From the NCBI RefSeq assembly GCF_036365525.1, contig NW_027141237.1, positions 744,001 through 808,000 of the forward strand: a DNA stretch of 64,000 bases, in the 5' to 3' direction. Of this stretch, positions 61,401-64,000 are shown in pieces (position 1 is the first letter of the stretch; the number at the start of each line of letters is the position of its first letter). The position numbers were made by a program, and so were the translations under genes. Source of the DNA: Heterodontus francisci. Its lineage: Eukaryota. Below the pieces are notes generated by a model. It was given only the letters and a program-made list of their open reading frames with translations. It searched no databases and had not been told where the DNA came from.

Positions 61401-63577
61401 TCTGTCATTGGACTTAAATCTGTGTCCTCTGATTGTTGACCATTCTGCCAATGGGAACAGTTCCTCCTGATCGACTCTGTCCAGACTCCTCATAAGTCTA
61501 ATCACTTCTTTCGGGCGGCACAGTGGGGGCAGTGGTTAGCACGGAAGCTTCACAGCTCCAATGACCCGAGTTCGGTTCTGTGTACTGCCTGTGTGAAGTT
61601 TGCCAGTTCTCCCTGTGACCTCGTGGGTTTCTACCAGGTGTTTTGATTTCCTCCCACAGCCTGAAACTTGCAGGTTGATAGGTAAAGTGGCCATTATAAA
61701 ATCCCCTTAATGCAGGGAGGAGAATTGCATGGATGTGATAGGGAATATGGGATTAATGCAGTTAAAATGGGTGGTTGATGGTAAGCGCAGACACTTTGGG
61801 CTGAAGGGCCTGTTTCAGTGCTCTCTGACTTGTATCAAATCTGCTCTCAACTTTCTTTGTTCAGAATAGCCTCCAGTTCTCTGTAAAATCTTCTCGGTTT
61901 GTATGACTAACCACCCCGATGGAAGTTTGTAAAAAGACAAATATAATAATTTGTGACTCCCAAATTTCCATGGGGCTGCCCTTTTTAGGTAACATCTGAC
62001 ACAGGTCAGTCTAGTAAAGCGGTCGGCAAAATTGATGGAAACCTTGGAGATAAGTTTCAAGGACAACTACAAAAAATTATTCTCTATTGTCACCCGCAAA
62101 AATCATTTTGAGAAACCTGCTCTTGCTGGTCCAGGCGTGGTAAACCCGAGGAAGTGCATTTGCAGTGAACAATTTGATCTTACTGTGGTCAATAAATGGA
62201 TTTGGGAGGAGGGATAGAGTTATGCCCCGCTTTGTACAACTACATGGTCAAAGCTTTGAAATCAACCTGTTTATCACAAAACGCCAAGGCGATTATAGAT
62301 GAGAAAAAATCATTCTGATTTAAACTATTAAAAATTCTACAAAGCCCCACTCACGTCCCATTCAGCTTATTTAAATGAATCTCAATTTTAAAAAGTTTGC
62401 ACTGTCTTTCTGTTGTGACCATAGACTTCATAGCACCAGCCTAGTTCTGCTTCCAGGTAAATGTGATCCACGAGTTGTGAGTTGTCGGAAGGATTAGGAT
62501 AAATGGGTGGTTGATGGTCAGCACAGACCCTTTGCGCCGAACGGCCTCATTGCCGAATGGCAATGATGTCGCCAATTAAAGATCAAGGGTAGATGGATGG
62601 TCTTCTTGGAGTATATGATGTAAACGCTATGTTGCATTTGTCTGATCAAGTCCTGATGTTGTTCAGACTGTTGCAGGCAGACATGGATTGTTTCATTATT
62701 GGAACTAAATACTGTAAAATCGACAGTGAAAACGCCCACTCCTGACTTCATTACAGAGTGAAAATAATTAATGAAGTGGCTGAAAATAGACCACGGAGGT
62801 TGCTTTGAGAAATCCCCGCACTGATATCCCGGGCTGTGATGATTGACCTTTGACAGATTCCATCAACCTGCTGTGTGTCTGGTGGAATTCCAACAACTGG
62901 ACCAATTCCTTTTGATTCCCATTGGGATTCTTTTTGCAGGATACTTTTGTGCCATTCTCGGTCCAATGTTGCCTGTTCTAAAAGGCAGGTCATGTCACCA
63001 GTTTCAGCGTGCTCACCATAACCAGTCTGTAGGTAACATTGGTAACATCAGATCTTCTGTCCCACAGCTGTGAAATCCGTTTCCTGGGAGACATTGAAAA
63101 CACCAACAGGAAGATAAATTGATATAAATTGCAACCCACAATGACCACAGCAGATTGCAGTTTCTCATCCCATCAGACCCCACAATTGTCCACCTTTCTG
63201 TGGTACGGCCTGTCTTGGAACCAGATAGTGAGATTCGGGTTCACCCTTTCAAAGCAAAATGGAGCAATAGCAAATAGATTCATCTTTCGATTCTTCAGAT
63301 GTAGAATGCACAATTACCGCCTATCCACAGTCATCCAGAGAGTAATAATAGACAGCCACGTACTTTAGCACTGGAAGCTAATCTGGGCAAAGTCCTCCCT
63401 GAATGACACGCTTCAACCATGTTGCCGGTTATGCCACACAGATAGCTTCAATCAGTATAGTGCCAATTTTCATCACGGGTGTCTATTTCCTTGAAATTCC
63501 TTTCCTCCTCTTAATGTTTCCTGCAGAACTTACACCGACGTCCATCATTACAGGGAATTCACCAACTGGAACATTAG
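55444..63577 (+). CDS. Gene 3: IgSF receptor with leader, V, C2 and putative stalk (CD4/LAG-3/G6F-like domain pair); 3' end probably beyond the window
   Basis: Exons 55444-55495, 57782-58138, 59321-59629 and probably 63527-63577, all phase 1. Confidence 0.75.
57782..58138 (+). CDS. Gene 3 V-set Ig exon
   Basis: VLLPCS..IQWIF..LCTI..HQC..GNYSL..TGNYYCF..IRLIVIN; canonical B-F Cys plus an extra Cys pair. Confidence 0.88.
58370..58940 (+). mobile_element. CR1 3' fragment
   Basis: LEYCVQF.. through the 3' tail. Confidence 0.75.
59321..59629 (+). CDS. Gene 3 C2-type Ig exon
   Basis: VSVTP..VFLTCEIS..IQWKLN..SLNISNVQRGDAGRYTY; acceptor cccacag and donor gttagc. Confidence 0.85.
60075..61017. mobile_element. 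Foldback/MITE-like non-autonomous DNA transposon (hAT-like) with long inverted arms
   Basis: 60185-60415 and 60606-60841 are clear reverse complements. Subterminal CGGGTCGG/CCGACCCG repeats; termini ca.taaaggc / gcctttactg. Confidence 0.75.
61513..61826 (+). mobile_element. HE1-type SINE inserted in a minus-strand CR1 fragment
   Basis: Same family, more diverged. Confidence 0.8.
63527..63577 (+). CDS. Putative Thr/Ser/Pro-rich stalk exon of gene 3
   Basis: Strong polypyrimidine acceptor; ELTPTSIITGNSPTGTL; 51 nt, phase 1-1; donor GTGAAA is weak. Confidence 0.45.
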   Translation, partial: NLHRRPSLQGIHQLEH

Positions 63578-64000
63578 GTGAAATCCTCGTTTTCTCTTTG
63601 CTTTATGTTGCCTTTTGCTAATTGTACCTGGCAGTGAAAATCCTGACGGTCTTTGAGGTGGGGGACATTACCCGTGATAAATGATGCAGAACGAACAATA
63701 TTGAATTCACTTCTATTTTGCAACCAGCCAGGTGTCCCCTTTTATTGACTTTAATGGTAAAGAAAATCAAGAGTTGTGTGCAATGGGCAGCTAATTCCAT
63801 GTAGACCGTTTTACACCCTATCCCACACGGAAAGCTATCTCCAACATGCCTTGAATAATTATATGACTGAGGCCCAATTCAAACTGACAGCAGGCCGCTC
63901 TCTTTGTGTATGTGCCACTCATCCAGAGCTAGATCTGGGCCCAGAAATGGCGGAGACTAAACTGTACCCCAGTGACTTCTCATTTAACCGGTCACAAAGA

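Overview
Vertebrate genomic DNA, almost certainly from a cartilaginous fish, judged by HE1-type V-SINEs, SacSINE1/Deu-type SINEs and abundant CR1. The window holds a tandem cluster of three intron-containing immunoglobulin-superfamily receptor genes on the + strand. Gene 1 (8006-26964) is Siglec/MAG/CD22-like with an ITIM plus ITIM/ITSM-like tail, but its fifth Ig exon is 5'-truncated and fused to an endogenous retrovirus. Gene 2 (39273-48661) is an intact-looking 3-Ig Siglec-like gene with two ITIMs. Gene 3 (55444 to beyond 63577) is a V+C2 receptor that probably continues past the window. Both Siglec-like V domains lack the essential sialic-acid-binding Arg. The gene 1 intron after the Ig4 exon holds a decayed, 5'-truncated, minus-strand retrovirus (17635-23609): RT with YVDD, RNase H, integrase, an env with a furin site and a long F-like/spuma-like TM subunit, a PPT and one LTR. 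It best fits a lokiretrovirus/spuma-related lineage. The rest is CR1, L2-type, Tx1 and Penelope retroelements, SINEs, MITE-like inverted repeats and tandem repeats. Exon boundaries were read by eye from GT/AG sites and phase. Family assignments come from motif recognition, not database searches.
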